A DNA stretch of 64,000 bases, from the NCBI GenBank assembly GCA_951406725.2, contig OX597819.1, positions 82,894,001 through 82,958,000 of the forward strand. Reading direction: 5' to 3'. A model generated the notes under the pieces. It searched no databases, was not told the origin of the DNA, and saw nothing but the letters and a program-made list of their open reading frames with translations. Made by a program: the position numbers and the translations under genes. This stretch comes from Octopus vulgaris. Lineage: Eukaryota. Below are positions 40,092 to 53,700 of the stretch, one piece after another. The stretch's first letter is position 1. Each line of letters begins with the position of its first letter.

Positions 40092-43000
40092 GAACATACT
40101 TTTTATATAATTATACACTTGCTCATTCTCTTTAACTCATTGGCATATTGAAACACATTCTCTAATAAATATATGTATATACTCTACTCAGAATAATTGT
40201 TTAATTGCAGTTAGGTTTGTAAATCCCTTTTTAAACATAAATACAATGTTTTGATCAGATTCATTTATAAAATTTTCCTTATAGTTCTGTAGATTCTGGT
40301 GAAAATCATTTAATGTTATTCTATTACTTTCAGCTGTCATTCAGTTATTTTAGCTACAAATCTCTTCCCCTCATTTCACAAATTTATCTGCTACTTCTCT
40401 CTATCACCAAAGTCCTCTAACAAGGACATCTATCTTACCTCACTTCTCTTTAAAGTTTATGACTTTAACTCTACTTCACTCACTTAATTTGACTCTGTCT
40501 ACCTGCACAGTGTTTGGTCAATTTACTATCTTGAAATATAAAATTCAGTAACTTTTATCATTAACCCAAATCCTTAACCAACCAAGTGACTTTGCAATCA
40601 CTGCTAATCTTTTTATTAACTTCTAATTTAGCTTTTACAATAGCATCTTTGATGCATTATTCCAGAGTTGGTCACAACTAGAACATCTTTTATTACATCA
40701 TTGTCAGTAATTCCCTCCTTATGCCATTTAACTTCATCCCTCACATTATTTCTTTTTCTATCTGCCCCTTCTCTATTCATTTATTCTCTCACACTATGAG
40801 ATATTAAACATACCTTTGGTTAATTATTGAATTTGAAATTTCCTTAGTTATCTTGGGTATGGGTGTTATATGATTAACAAGATCAATACAGTTAGAGTTC
40901 ACACAATGACACAGTGAAATGCTATTTCCCAACGAAGCTGCTTTCTTCAAATTTACAAGAGCACTATTCAACAAATAATGCACAGTTGACTAGGTTCTTC
41001 AATAATAATATCATACTTTTCCATTACTCATCTCTTTCTATTTATTGGATACTTTTAACACTAGTGAGAGCTGAAAGTAAATCAGTTATTGTTGGCCTCC
41101 TAGACAAAAAATATCCATGAGTCCTATTTGATCAGTGTTATGCTGCCTCATTAGCAAAGTTCTTTATCCCTCTGTAATGCAGCCCACTTATCTGTAAACA
41201 GGTTGTTCCAGATCAAGGGTTAGCAAAGTGGTCAATATTGAACCCTGGTTGGGGCTTATGTAACTATCTGAAGGGTCAGTAAACAGGTGAAAGGATTTTG
41301 AGCATTAAGGGGACTGAATTAGTAGCAAACTGTTTTTTCAACATGTATAACATTTGATTTAGAAAGGTCCACACAAGATGGAAATTCAAATTACTTTGGC
41401 AGATATTACATTATTGGAATACATCTAGTAAACATGAAACATCAACATATTGATTAGAGAGTCAGTACACACTTTCATGAAGATGTAATAGAGATGCTCA
41501 ATATGAGTGTACATTTCTTGCCCATTTACAGAAGAGCAGTTTCTTTTGTCTGACAATTTTGAATTGAATTTTTTTAACATTTAGCTCCCTTATTTACAAC
41601 TCCAGATAATAATAAGATGTACTAGCAATATTTATGAGAGTATTTAAAATTTGGATTTATACTATCATTTACCAATTAAACAATACTTATGAGCCTGGTA
41701 TGTGAAAAAAAACTTACAATTATGATACCATGATGTCTACAGAGATGAAAGCATCTTGAAAGAGTTCAATCAGATTTTAAAAAAATAAATATCTCATTTT
41801 TCCAGGTACTGAAGGAAAATATTATAAAATAGTCAAATTTAACATATTTTAAAACACTCAACTGTGAAGGTTATGAAAGAGATTTGAAGGCATCATGTAT
41901 CATCTTTCTTAAGATGGCAAAGACAGGAAAATTGCATGCCATTGACAAGGATATTATTATACCAGCTATTAGAGACATATTTGAAATTCTTATGAAGAAA
42001 GGCCATCTGCTTATTTCAAAATGTGTAAGAACAGTGAGTCAACACATTGATGAAGCTCTGACCCCAAAGTTTGGTCAATGCAAGTTTTCTATCAGACTTG
42101 ATGAGTCAACATTCAGTAATTCAAATATACTTGTGGCCTATCTGCAGTATAACAGCCAAATCTTAAAGTACATTGTTGATGAATTTTTGATTGCTTATTA
42201 TCTTAAAGCTGGTGCAACAGGAGAGACAATTTTGTGATGCCTAGAGGATTATTTGAATAAGCTTTATGTTCCTCTTGAGAATATCAGTACACTGGTTACA
42301 GATAGCACAGCAGTAATGGTTAGTCATGACAAACTATTTGCATTCTTGTTCAAGAAAGAGGTTTCTGATGTGCATACTGTCCACTGTGTATTTCAGAAAT
42401 CATCGCATAGCTAAGAATGTAAGAGGAGAAATACAAACTGCTCTAAATGTGTCTATCAGGCCAGGGAATAAAATAAAAGCACATCCTCTGGAATCACAAT
42501 TATTTGCAATGTTGGGTGAAAAAATGTTGAGACCTTCAACCAGCATTTTGTTTTCACACCAAAGAAAGATGATTGTTAAGAGGTGATTTCTTGCAGGGAC
42601 CTCTTAGTTTGCATGACACCATTATTGAGTTTTTTTATGGATGTAGTTATTCCCTATATGATGAATTAAAAATGTGTAGAGATCGTTTTTTCCTACGTGG
42701 CAGATTTTATATTCAAAGTTTAAAAAGTACAGAAATGCTTACAAAAGGAAAATTTCAAATAGTAACCTAGAAATATACATAAATCACCTAGAAAAATTGT
42801 TTGATTTGGAAATAAAAATGTGGGCATTGAATCAGTTACAAGATGAGCTATTTGATATGTGTATGGATCTTGAACCTAAATCCTTATTCAAAGACAAAAG
42901 TATTAATGATTATTGGTGCAATAATAATACTGAAAATAAATATCCTAAGCTAAGTGCAGCAGCTGAGCCCTTTTAATTTACATTTCCAAACTCATTCATA

Positions 43001-45582
43001 GTTGAAGTGGGGTTTTGCCATGCATATTCACTTTCAATGAAAGAGAGAAACAGAATGAATCTGGAAAAGTGCAGTCATTTAAGGCTAAATCTCATGTATT
43101 TCAAACCAAATATTGATGCAATATCTAGTGTTCACCCAACACATATTTTGCTTTAAACTTTCTGACTATTAATATAATATGACTAAATTTTTGCTGTTCT
43201 TTATCAGTCTTATACAGTATTTTCATAAGATTTCTATGTTTCTTACTAAAAAATTGGTAAAGGCACAAAAGAATAACAGAATTATTGTTTTTAAAATAAA
43301 GAAATTTTTATTAATTTCTAATTTTATTTTGGAAATTTATAAGATGGGGTCAATAAGTTATCAGTGATTATATGAAGGAGTCAATGATATCATAAGTTTG
43401 CTGACCCTTGCTCTAGACAATGAAATTCTAAAACTCATATGAACCCAAATACATCTCACCTCATGACACTCCCTTGAATTTATGGTTAAATTGTCTACTT
43501 AGATTTTAGCCTCAATTTTAAGGCCACCCACCCCTACCTCTCTGACCCAAAGAACTCTTTAGACTAACTGTGTCATAATTGATTCGCAAAGAATTAATAA
43601 AGGATCTCTTGCTAATGAGGCAAATTATTAGCATTTAACTAATAGAGCTTTCAGGTAAATTGCAATATCTTTTCTTCATAACTAATCATCATTGTTTTTC
43701 TTTTTGTCTTAGGCTCATGTCAATGTAACCCTCTAGGGTCATACGGCACAAGCTGTGATCCCCATACACGACAGTGCGTTTGTAAACCAGGCGTTGGGGG
43801 CCTCAGATGTGACCGGTGTAAACCTGGTAACTGGGGACTTCTCTCTATAGTTAAAGGCAGTGCGGGTTGTATACGTAAGTTACTATTTCTTCCTTATTGT
43901 TTATTTTATAAATCAGATTATCTGTTATAAATTGATGACAATTTCTGTTAACTTTGGCAAATATAGAATTAAGAAAAACACTATAATTATTCAGGTCACA
44001 GTATAATTTTCTATTTTAAGTTAGGCTTAAACTGATTATTAATCAAAATACATTTACTTAGGGAACAACTTTCCAATGGTCCACATTGTCTGAGAGCAAT
44101 AATAATATCCAAAACTACTGCTATATCAGGAATTAAACTCAATTATAAACAAACAATAGAAATAAAAAGAAACACATCTTCCTAAGTTTCTGAACAATGC
44201 AACATGTACAGCACCTTTGATAAGAGAAAGCTAATACAGAATGCTGCTCAGATTTCAGAAGCAACTGAACATTGTTGATGGTGTAAAGTTGTTCACCAAT
44301 ACACTCCAGCTTCTGGCCTACAGACGTGCAGTCTCCTCACTCTGTTTTTCTAGTGGCTTCTAATCTTGAAATACCTGGGCTCATGCCACCTAACCCCAGA
44401 CTTTCCCAACTCACACATCTCTCTTTGTGTCACACATAATGTATCTGCTGCTACCTCTGACATCTCTTTCCTGCAGTTGTAAACATACAATTATTCAAGA
44501 GAACCCTTAACCACATCACTCTTACCAATGTTTTGATGTTTTGAGCACAGATCTTTTCCCATGAATAAACTGAAAAAAAAGCGCTCTCGGTAAGAATCAA
44601 TAGCAAACATAAACAATGTTGCTGAATAAAACAAGAAATAATAAACTCTCAGTGACCAGTATTAATGATGCGATTTTACTAATACTCTGAGTCTATTCCA
44701 GTTAATCTTGGAAAACAAATATTGAAGCAATAGAAACCTTATTTCAGTTGTCAGTGCCAATATAAAGCACCCAGTACACTCTGAATAGTGGTTGGGATTA
44801 GGAGGGGCATTCAGTCATAAAAGCCATGCCAAAACAGACATCAGAGTTCAGTATAGTCCTCTGACCTGTTAGATACTGTCAAACTGCCTTATACATGCCA
44901 GTATGGACTATCGACACTAAATGACGATAAGGATCATATATATTGATGCAGTGAAACTTCAGCTTGGATGTCAATAATGTTTTTACTTCATATTCTGTGA
45001 TCTCAGAATGGAAGCATAATCAATTCCAAGAAACTTACATGATCAGTGATACCTTACATATATATAAATCAACCATAAATTATGCATTGTGCTTCAATTC
45101 TTTAAATTTATTTGAATTAAATTCAATTAAATTACTAATGTTTTTATTATTTATCTTTTTATAGAATGATCAGTTTCTTTGGTAAATTAAAACTTTGTAA
45201 TAATATTAATATTCTATATTTACATATCAATATTTAAAATATTTTGCACAACTTTTATATTATTTTCTTTCAGCGTGCAACTGTAATAGATATGGCTCAG
45301 TTAGAGACGACTGTGAACAGAACAGTGGACGTTGTATGTGCAAAAATGGAATCACTGGCATGAAATGCAACGTTTGTCCAAACAGGATGCAACTTGGTCC
45401 ACAAGGATGTACTGGTAAATGAAATAAACTTTAATGAGAAAATAATTTTTTTACTCATGCTGTCCCCTAACAGACAGTTAATAAAGGGAGACAATCATTT
45501 CATCATAGTATTTTGGCAGGATTAGAAGTTTGAATTTGAAATTAAAGAATAAGGGAACAGATGCATAGCATGCTCATATTGT

Positions 45583-45643
<61 letters not shown>

Positions 45644-47729
45644 CTTAGTTATCACGAAGTTCATTATATTACCAGTCATTGGTAATCATTGTATAGCACT
45701 ATGTCTTTCTTTTTAGAAACCTTTTGCATTTTGAAAATGTATGGGGAAGAAATTGTGATTTTCTCCTATGTATATCTCTTTTTCAGCTTTTCTTCAGTTG
45801 TTAAGAGATTTCTTTTACAATTGATTTTAGATAATAATATTTTAACAGACTTTTTACTAAAATGGTTTTGATGGAAATTAGTAGTTGGAAATTTTTTCTT
45901 ACTGTTATTCGTGTCAAATATTATTTTAACCAACTTGGTAATATAGAAAATGCATGGTTATCAAAAATGCAGCAAGATTCAAACAACTCTCTTCTATTCA
46001 TAATTGTATTATTATTCACTCTTATTTGTTATTCAAATATGAGATAACATATCTTATAAAGCTTTACTGGTTTAAATCAATAATTTCAAATTTGCACTTG
46101 CTTTTAAGTTTAAATCATGAAAACTAATCAAGGTGTTTTTCTTTGTAACGTAGAGTAATTAATTCAGTTGTTTCAGTTTTTACTTACAATGTAAATTACA
46201 CTGAAGAAAATTAACATAATTATTGTTTAATATCAGATTACTGCAATATTGCTATTTTGTGAAAGAATTACATTTTTGAGGACAGTTTTCAGAGATCATC
46301 TATCATAAATTTATGTGAACTGGGTTAACTGAAAAGTAATCATTATCTTCTTTTTACTAGCCCCAAAGAGAAATCACTAATCTAGCTATATTACCTTTAT
46401 TAAACTCACTAAACTTAGACTATAATGATGAATTTATTTCACTAGCATCTTTTAGGTAGAGTAATCTGTGTCTGTTTTGTGCATTTAAATGTTATATATC
46501 ATATTACAGAAATACCACCAAAGTCTTGCCAATATCTGCACTGTAAATACGGTGCAATATGCAAACATATCGATAACCAATACCAATGTGTATGTGACAT
46601 CAACTGTTCTGGTTACCCAGACCTTGTTTGTGGTTCTGATAACCAAACTTATGGTTCTGAATGTCAACTCAAACAATTCTCTTGTCGTCTACAACAGCCT
46701 ATCAGTATTGAACACAAAGGAATTTGTAGTTGTAAGTACAGATTTTATTTCTAAATCATTCTTTGCAAAAATCATTAAGTTAGAGGAGAAATAACCACGA
46801 CAAAGCTAATCATTGAGAAAATGAAATTGGTTCCCGAAGATTAAAGTGAAGAGAATTTAGATATAATTCCATCATTGTTTATCTAACTTAGTCATATAAT
46901 CTGTATAATACTATTCCCAATGTTATCAAGTTTACCACAATCATCATCAATAACAACACCATTGATATCTTTTATGTTCATGTGTCAACTTTCCTATGAG
47001 AATGTATAAATGCAACTGCTTCAGTTATTAATCACATATACCAACTATGTTCACAGATGAGTTGTATAACAGAAGTCCGTACTAAAGTATTGGTAAAATC
47101 ATTTGCTCATATTCAGAGTATTCTGAATAGGGTGACATAATGGCAGAAGCCTTGAATAAAGACACCATCATCATCCTTTTCTCATACTGGTATTCTTTTA
47201 TACTTTTATTCTTTTACTTGTTTCAGTCGTTTGGCTGCTACCCTGCTGAAGCACTGCCTTGAAGGGCTTTAGTTAAGCAAATCGACCCCAGTATTTATTT
47301 TTTAAAGTCTTGAACTATGGTTTTATGCAGGGCTGGTTTTAAGCCAATTAGACAGATTTGTTCAAACTGGTCCCTGCACCAAGAGTGAGCCCTGTGCACA
47401 CACTTGAGTAGAGAATACTATCATGAATTTTTAGTATATCATTGTGACTAATGGTGAAACCTCAAGTCCTCAATGCTTTTTGACTGGGACAAGCATACTG
47501 CATGAAGTGTAAATCATCAATCTTTGACTGAGGGCTGGCGAACCAGACGGCCACATCAGGCTCCAATCTTGATCTGGCAGAGTTTCTACAGCTGGATGCC
47601 CTTCCTAACGCCAACCACTCCGAGAGTGTAGTGGGTGCTTTTTACGTGCCACCGGCACGGGGCCAGTCTGGCAGTACTGGCAATGACCTCGCTCGAAACT
47701 TTTTACACATGCCACTGGCACAGGTGCCA

Positions 47730-47779
<50 letters not shown>

Positions 47780-50700
47780 ACACACACATAGGGTAGTGTC
47801 AACAAGTTCCTGGACTAGTTGTGTTTGATAAAAAATAACTTATTTGTCTAAGTTTTAACATCATCTCCTTCATAATAGTCACCTTGAGCAGCAATACACT
47901 GGTCCCAGCATTCTTGCTGCTTTTGGAATACAGCCTGGAATACATTTTCCATAAGTCAGTTGAAGACCTTCTGCAATTCACTCTGGATCTCAACAACAGT
48001 ATTAAAATGGTGACCTTTGAGGTCCCCTTTCATCTTGAGGAATGGATGGAAGTCTGCAGGTGCTAAATCTGATGAATTAGATGGGTCCAGAAGTGATACC
48101 ATACTAGTTTTGGTGAGTAATTCATGAGTGAAGAGAGCTCAGTGACAGGGTACATTGTCTTTGTGAAGAATCCAATTCTTCATGCTCCACAGATCCAGTT
48201 GCTTTTGCCAAATGGCTTCCATTAAACACTTCAAAACATCACAGCAGAGCTCTCGATTGATGGTCTGATCCTGGGGGATGAATTCTCAATGCACAATACT
48301 GTGAATGTCATGACAAATAATTAGTATGCTCTTGATTGAGCTGTGGCTCTGTCATGCCTCTGTCATGTAGATGAAGGACTCTTCCATTGTGACAACTGCC
48401 ACTTTGTCTCAAGATCATAGACCAACTCTCATCACCAGTGATAATCCTCGACATGAAGGATGGGTCATCAGCGGCATACTGATGGAGATCATGGCAGACT
48501 TCAGCACAATGTTCTTTCTGCTCAGTGGTCAGCAAGTGGGGACAAACTTGGCAGAGACAAGTAGCAGTGGAGAAAAGTATATGTTCAATTCAGATGTTAG
48601 GATTGCCTGCAGAGACCTATACTACAGACCAACAACATCAGTAATGTCATTGATTGTCCTCCAATGGTTCTCATGCACAAGCTGATGAATTTTCTCCTTA
48701 TTTCCAAGGGTGATGCTCATGGCAGGACTTTCAGATTGTTCGTTGTCTTCCAAGTACAATCTTCCACTTTTGAAGCGCCCATGCCACTTGAAACATCGCA
48801 TACAACCCATTGCCTCATCACTGTAAGCTTGCCAAAGCATTCTCAATGTCTCTGAAGCAGGCTTCCCAAGTTTAATGCAAAATTTCATGCTGAATCTTTA
48901 TTCCAACTTCTTTTTCACAACAAAATCACAGACTACAGCATACATGTGATCACAAAAACACAAATTTCACAATTTGCAAAGGAAACACAGCAATGTCACT
49001 CAGCACACTACCTCATGAAGGTCACTGCTAGCTCTTACTGTGCACACAACTATGTACTACCATCTGTTGGTGTGCTACAGAACTAATGTAGGAACTTTTT
49101 GAACTTAGAAATAAAATCTGCAAGAGTGTTTTTAGTGCCTGTTTCATATGTTGGGATAGATTGGTGTGAATTAATTTCCAAATTAATGATAATTCTTTTT
49201 TGAAAAATTTATTTTGTAAAAACGAACTTGTTTTAAAGTCCTAAATAATTTATTATAGTTTGTAGCAGTGGAGAAAAGTATATACAGCAAAAGGTGGGGA
49301 GTACTAAAAAAAAACCTTAATAGAAAATTTTAAAACTAAGTTCATGATTTTCTTTTTTAACTCAATTTTTTATTTCAGACTTTAAAAATTAAAAAAACTT
49401 GATTATTTGTAGCTATATTCTTTATATTCATATTTTTATAAATTCTGTGATCCACAAGGCTGGTTCTTAGTTTTGGATTCTAAATTTATGAGTGGAGATG
49501 AGAAAGAAATTTTAACTTCAATATTACACTCATCTATAATGGAGTAACTTTCCCTAAAAGACTTATTAGCAGTAATGGGAGGAGGAAAATGACAACTTAT
49601 GTGAGGAGGAGGGGGAAGAGAAATAGGGAAAAATGTATTCTTATGCAGTATACCCTTTCTACTTAGTAGTCTCAACGGAATCAAGAATGGTAACCTCTCC
49701 TACTCCCACAACAAGATCAAGAAAGACAACCAGGCACATCAACCATGTTAGTAACGAAGTAACGAAAATCATTTTAACGAAGGCTACAGAAAGGCCTCCA
49801 GAAGTCGTTGGTAAGTAATTTTTCCCTGTCACCTCCCATGGATTTATTTATTCCTCCTCAAATAATGCTTTATTAATTATTTCTAATTTTCGCCAGTTTC
49901 AGGGAAGGAAGGGGTTAATAAATTATATTGACTTCACTACTCAACTGATGCTTTTTTTACTAATCCCAAAAAGATGAAGACAAAGTCAACCTTGATGGAA
50001 TTTGAACTCAGAATGTAATGAGGTGGAAGAAGTAATTAAGCAATTTGTCTGATGTGTTAACAATTCTGCCAGCTCACTACCTTAATAATGTATTATTAAT
50101 AACAAGAAACTTGACAATAATAACAGAAGGGAAATAAGAATTATAATATACCGTTTTTATTTTATATTTTATCATTAATTGGGTTTTTTTTGTGGGATGG
50201 GGTTCTACAAGGTAATTGAAATAACAACAAACCAGTTTCAATTGAGAATACAATTTTACTGATGGAATAAATTGGCAGTCTTGTTTGGGCATTAGACAAA
50301 CTGCCTGTGATATTTGTGGCTCTTTACATTCTGAGTTCAAATTTTGCTAACATCAGCTTTGACTTTCATCCATCCATCTTCAATTTGGTTTTCATGCCTA
50401 TCCTCACCTATCATTGTGAATGTTGGGTAATGGCCAAAACAGTATAATTGTGAATACAAGCAGCCAAAATTGAGTTCCTCCAAAGGATCAGTAGGGTAAC
50501 ATTACTCAACAGGCTACATAGCTTGGGGATCAGGGTGTCTTTCTAGGTCAAACTACTACTTCTCCACATTGAGAGATCACAGTTCTGGTATTTCAGACAT
50601 GTGATTAGAATGTCACAGGAAATAATCACAAGACAGATTCTTCAAACTGAGCTAACTAACAAGATCCCTAGGGGTAGGTGTTGAGCAAGATGGTTGGATA

Positions 50701-53700
50701 ATATTCATAATCTCAGTTGAATGGAGGCAAGTGGTTAGAATGTTGAACTCATGACTGTAAGCCTGTGGTTTCTATTCCTGGACCAGGCAACACATGTTCT
50801 TGAGCAAAACACTTCACTTCATGTTGCTCCAGTCCTCTCAGCTGGCAAAAATGAGTAACCCTGTTATTCTTTCCATCATTAGACTAGGGTTATGTTGGAG
50901 CATTGCCTTCAAGAGTTTTAGTTACCTTTTTTTTTTTTAATCCAGTGCTTTGTGAGGCAGTTATTTTGACATTCACATCAGATACGAAAGGCAAAGTAAA
51001 TACTGGCATGAAGGGAGATAAATCCTGCAAGGGATTTCTGCTCAAGCATAATGGTTCGCACACTCAAAGATGTAACTACACTCAGTAATCTCTCTGCCAT
51101 CTATCTACCCCTCACAAATATAAACACACACACACATGCACACACACTAGGTGTTCACATAGTTTCTGTCAACTAAATTTCACTCAAAAGCTTTTAGTGA
51201 AGAGTAAACGTGAATCTGGTGTTCTTGTTTGTGTTAAGGTGTGTGTACTGGTGTGACAAACAATATCAAATCAAAGCTAAACAAGTTTTTATAAGAGTGT
51301 TCATACAAAAGTGGATGTGAATAAATAAAAGTTATAGATTGACCCTGAAAAAGTAGAAAGTAAGAAATGCCCCTGTTACATTACGCGGTAGCAGTAATGG
51401 CCAAAGGCAAAGCAAGCTAGCAGTCCTAGCTGGCTGTGTCAGTTGACTAGTCAAACTGCCCAGGAGTGAGACCGGCAAAAAAAAGAGAAAGTTTGCTGTC
51501 CCTCTAGCATTTTTATACCTCCCTAGCGGAAGTGTCATCACAGCACCACCTACCAACAACAGAATAAGGGAACATCACTCTGCCCTTTTCCTTTTAGCCT
51601 TTATGGCCCTTGCTACAAGTGTAAGCTGACACTATGGTAGAATTTGCTTTCCTAAAGTGGCATGCAGTGGAATCAAACTCAAAACCACATAGTCATGAAA
51701 CTGGTACTCTGCAAAAATAGATAAATGAAATATAAAAAAATTATGAAGGCAATGGAATTTTAAGACACACTCAATAAATAATATGACTTCTACTCATTTC
51801 AAATTGAGATTCATACTTTACTAAAGTGTAAAGTGTAATGATTTTCTATGTGTTTGTATAGTGCATTTTCTGTCTCCCAAATCAATATAGTATATAGTGT
51901 AAACATTCAAAAATTGTCACTACCTTTCCTATTCCTGCTGTATTTCACATGGAAATTTTTAGTCCTCCAAAGTCATAATAGCTTATAAGTTGGCCTACTT
52001 CTTTTTGGCTGTAAATTTTCATCTATATAATTTGATTTGTATGCATGAAAATATAGTATTTGTATTTGAATGGCTTTGATATTATGACAGAATTAAACTT
52101 AAGTCACACACCAAGGATGGGAAATGTTAATATAGTACTTCTTATTAGGCAGTGAGCTGGCAGAATCATTAACATGCCAGGTAAAATGCTTAGCAGCATT
52201 TCATCTATCATTACATTCTGAGTTCAAATTCTAACATGGTCAACTTTGCCTTTCATCCTATCAGGGTCAATAAAATAAGTTCCAATTGATCACTGGGGTC
52301 AACGTAATCAACTTATTCCTTCCCCCTAAATTTCTGGCCTTGTGCCAAAATTTCAAATTAATATTATTATAACTTCTTGTTCATTATTATTTGAAACAAT
52401 ATAATTAAAAATCAGTTTTGTTCTTTATGTTATTTTAAAATGGCAAATTTATCTTTGCAGGCAGAATCGATGACTTGTGTCCCAGTGAAAGTGATTGTGA
52501 TGTACCAAATAGTCGATGCGTACTAGGCATCTGTGTCTGCAAAACCGGCTTCATTCAAACTATGGACAAAAAGAATTGTCTTGGTACCATTTTCATTTGA
52601 TATCCAATCTGACATCTGTTTATTATAAATCAAAGGCATTTCAACCATGACCATCCAATTATCTTTTTTGTATACTTAGAACTACATTGTCTGATGGTTT
52701 GATGTCCAGTGAGGGAGATTTGATTGCTTTTTTGAGTAGGTTGAGTAACTGTATGAGAGAAATGGTAAGAGGAAAGGAGACAGTGATTATGAATTGTGTT
52801 CTGAATGTTATTTGCCTGGAAATGAATTCTGTTATATTTATAAAACAGACAGCTAGAAGGATGAAGATATCAGTGGTGCTATAGTGGTGTGGCATTGTTT
52901 GAAGTCTCCGTATGCTAGGAAGGTTAGAGCTGAAGTGGATGACAATATATTTCACTTGAGAAGATTGCATGTGGTTAATATCTGTTACCATCTTCCATTG
53001 TCCCGTAATAAGAAGTAAGTTTTATTTCCCTGTGTTTGAAATGAAATGACAATGAGATGTAAGGGGACTATGTTTTTGAGATTGCAGTTCAGTGGTGCTA
53101 TAGTCGTGTGGGCTTGTTTGAACTCTCTGTAGGCTAGGAAGGTTAGAGCTGAAGCAGATGACAATATATTTCAATTGACAAAGTAGTATATTGTTAATGT
53201 CTGTTCCCATCTTCCATTGTCTCATCGTGAGAAGTAAGTTTTATTTGCCTGTCGTGGTAATGAAATGAGAATGAGATGTAAGGGAACAATGTTTTTGAGA
53301 TTCTGGTTTGAATGTAAGGCTGGTCTGAAAGGGTTCCCAACAGGTATTAGTAGTAGTGGTAGAGTGTTTATGACAAATATGTATGTATGCATATATATAT
53401 ATGTGAGGTAATAGTTTCATTATAATAGTGAAAGTATTAAACTGAAAGTATCTCACATTGCAATAGAAAGATATTGTTGTTTCATTTTTGACTTGTAATA
53501 CTGAAATAGTGTAAGAGATAAGAGATTGCTGTGGGCTCTCACTAGGCAAGAAGTTGAAAATAGTTTTGGCCCACGACATTGCATGGACTGTAAATAAGGC
53601 ATGTGTAAAATTTAAATGAAATTGGTTGGGTAGTTCTCGAGTTTTATGGATTCACACAGACACAGACAGACACACATTCTCATCTTTATATATAGAGATT

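Noticed and set aside
49705-49740. Basic stretch [10 protein letters not shown] as a furin site
   Set aside because: It does not match R-X-(K/R)-R or R-X-X-R, so cleavage cannot be supported from sequence.
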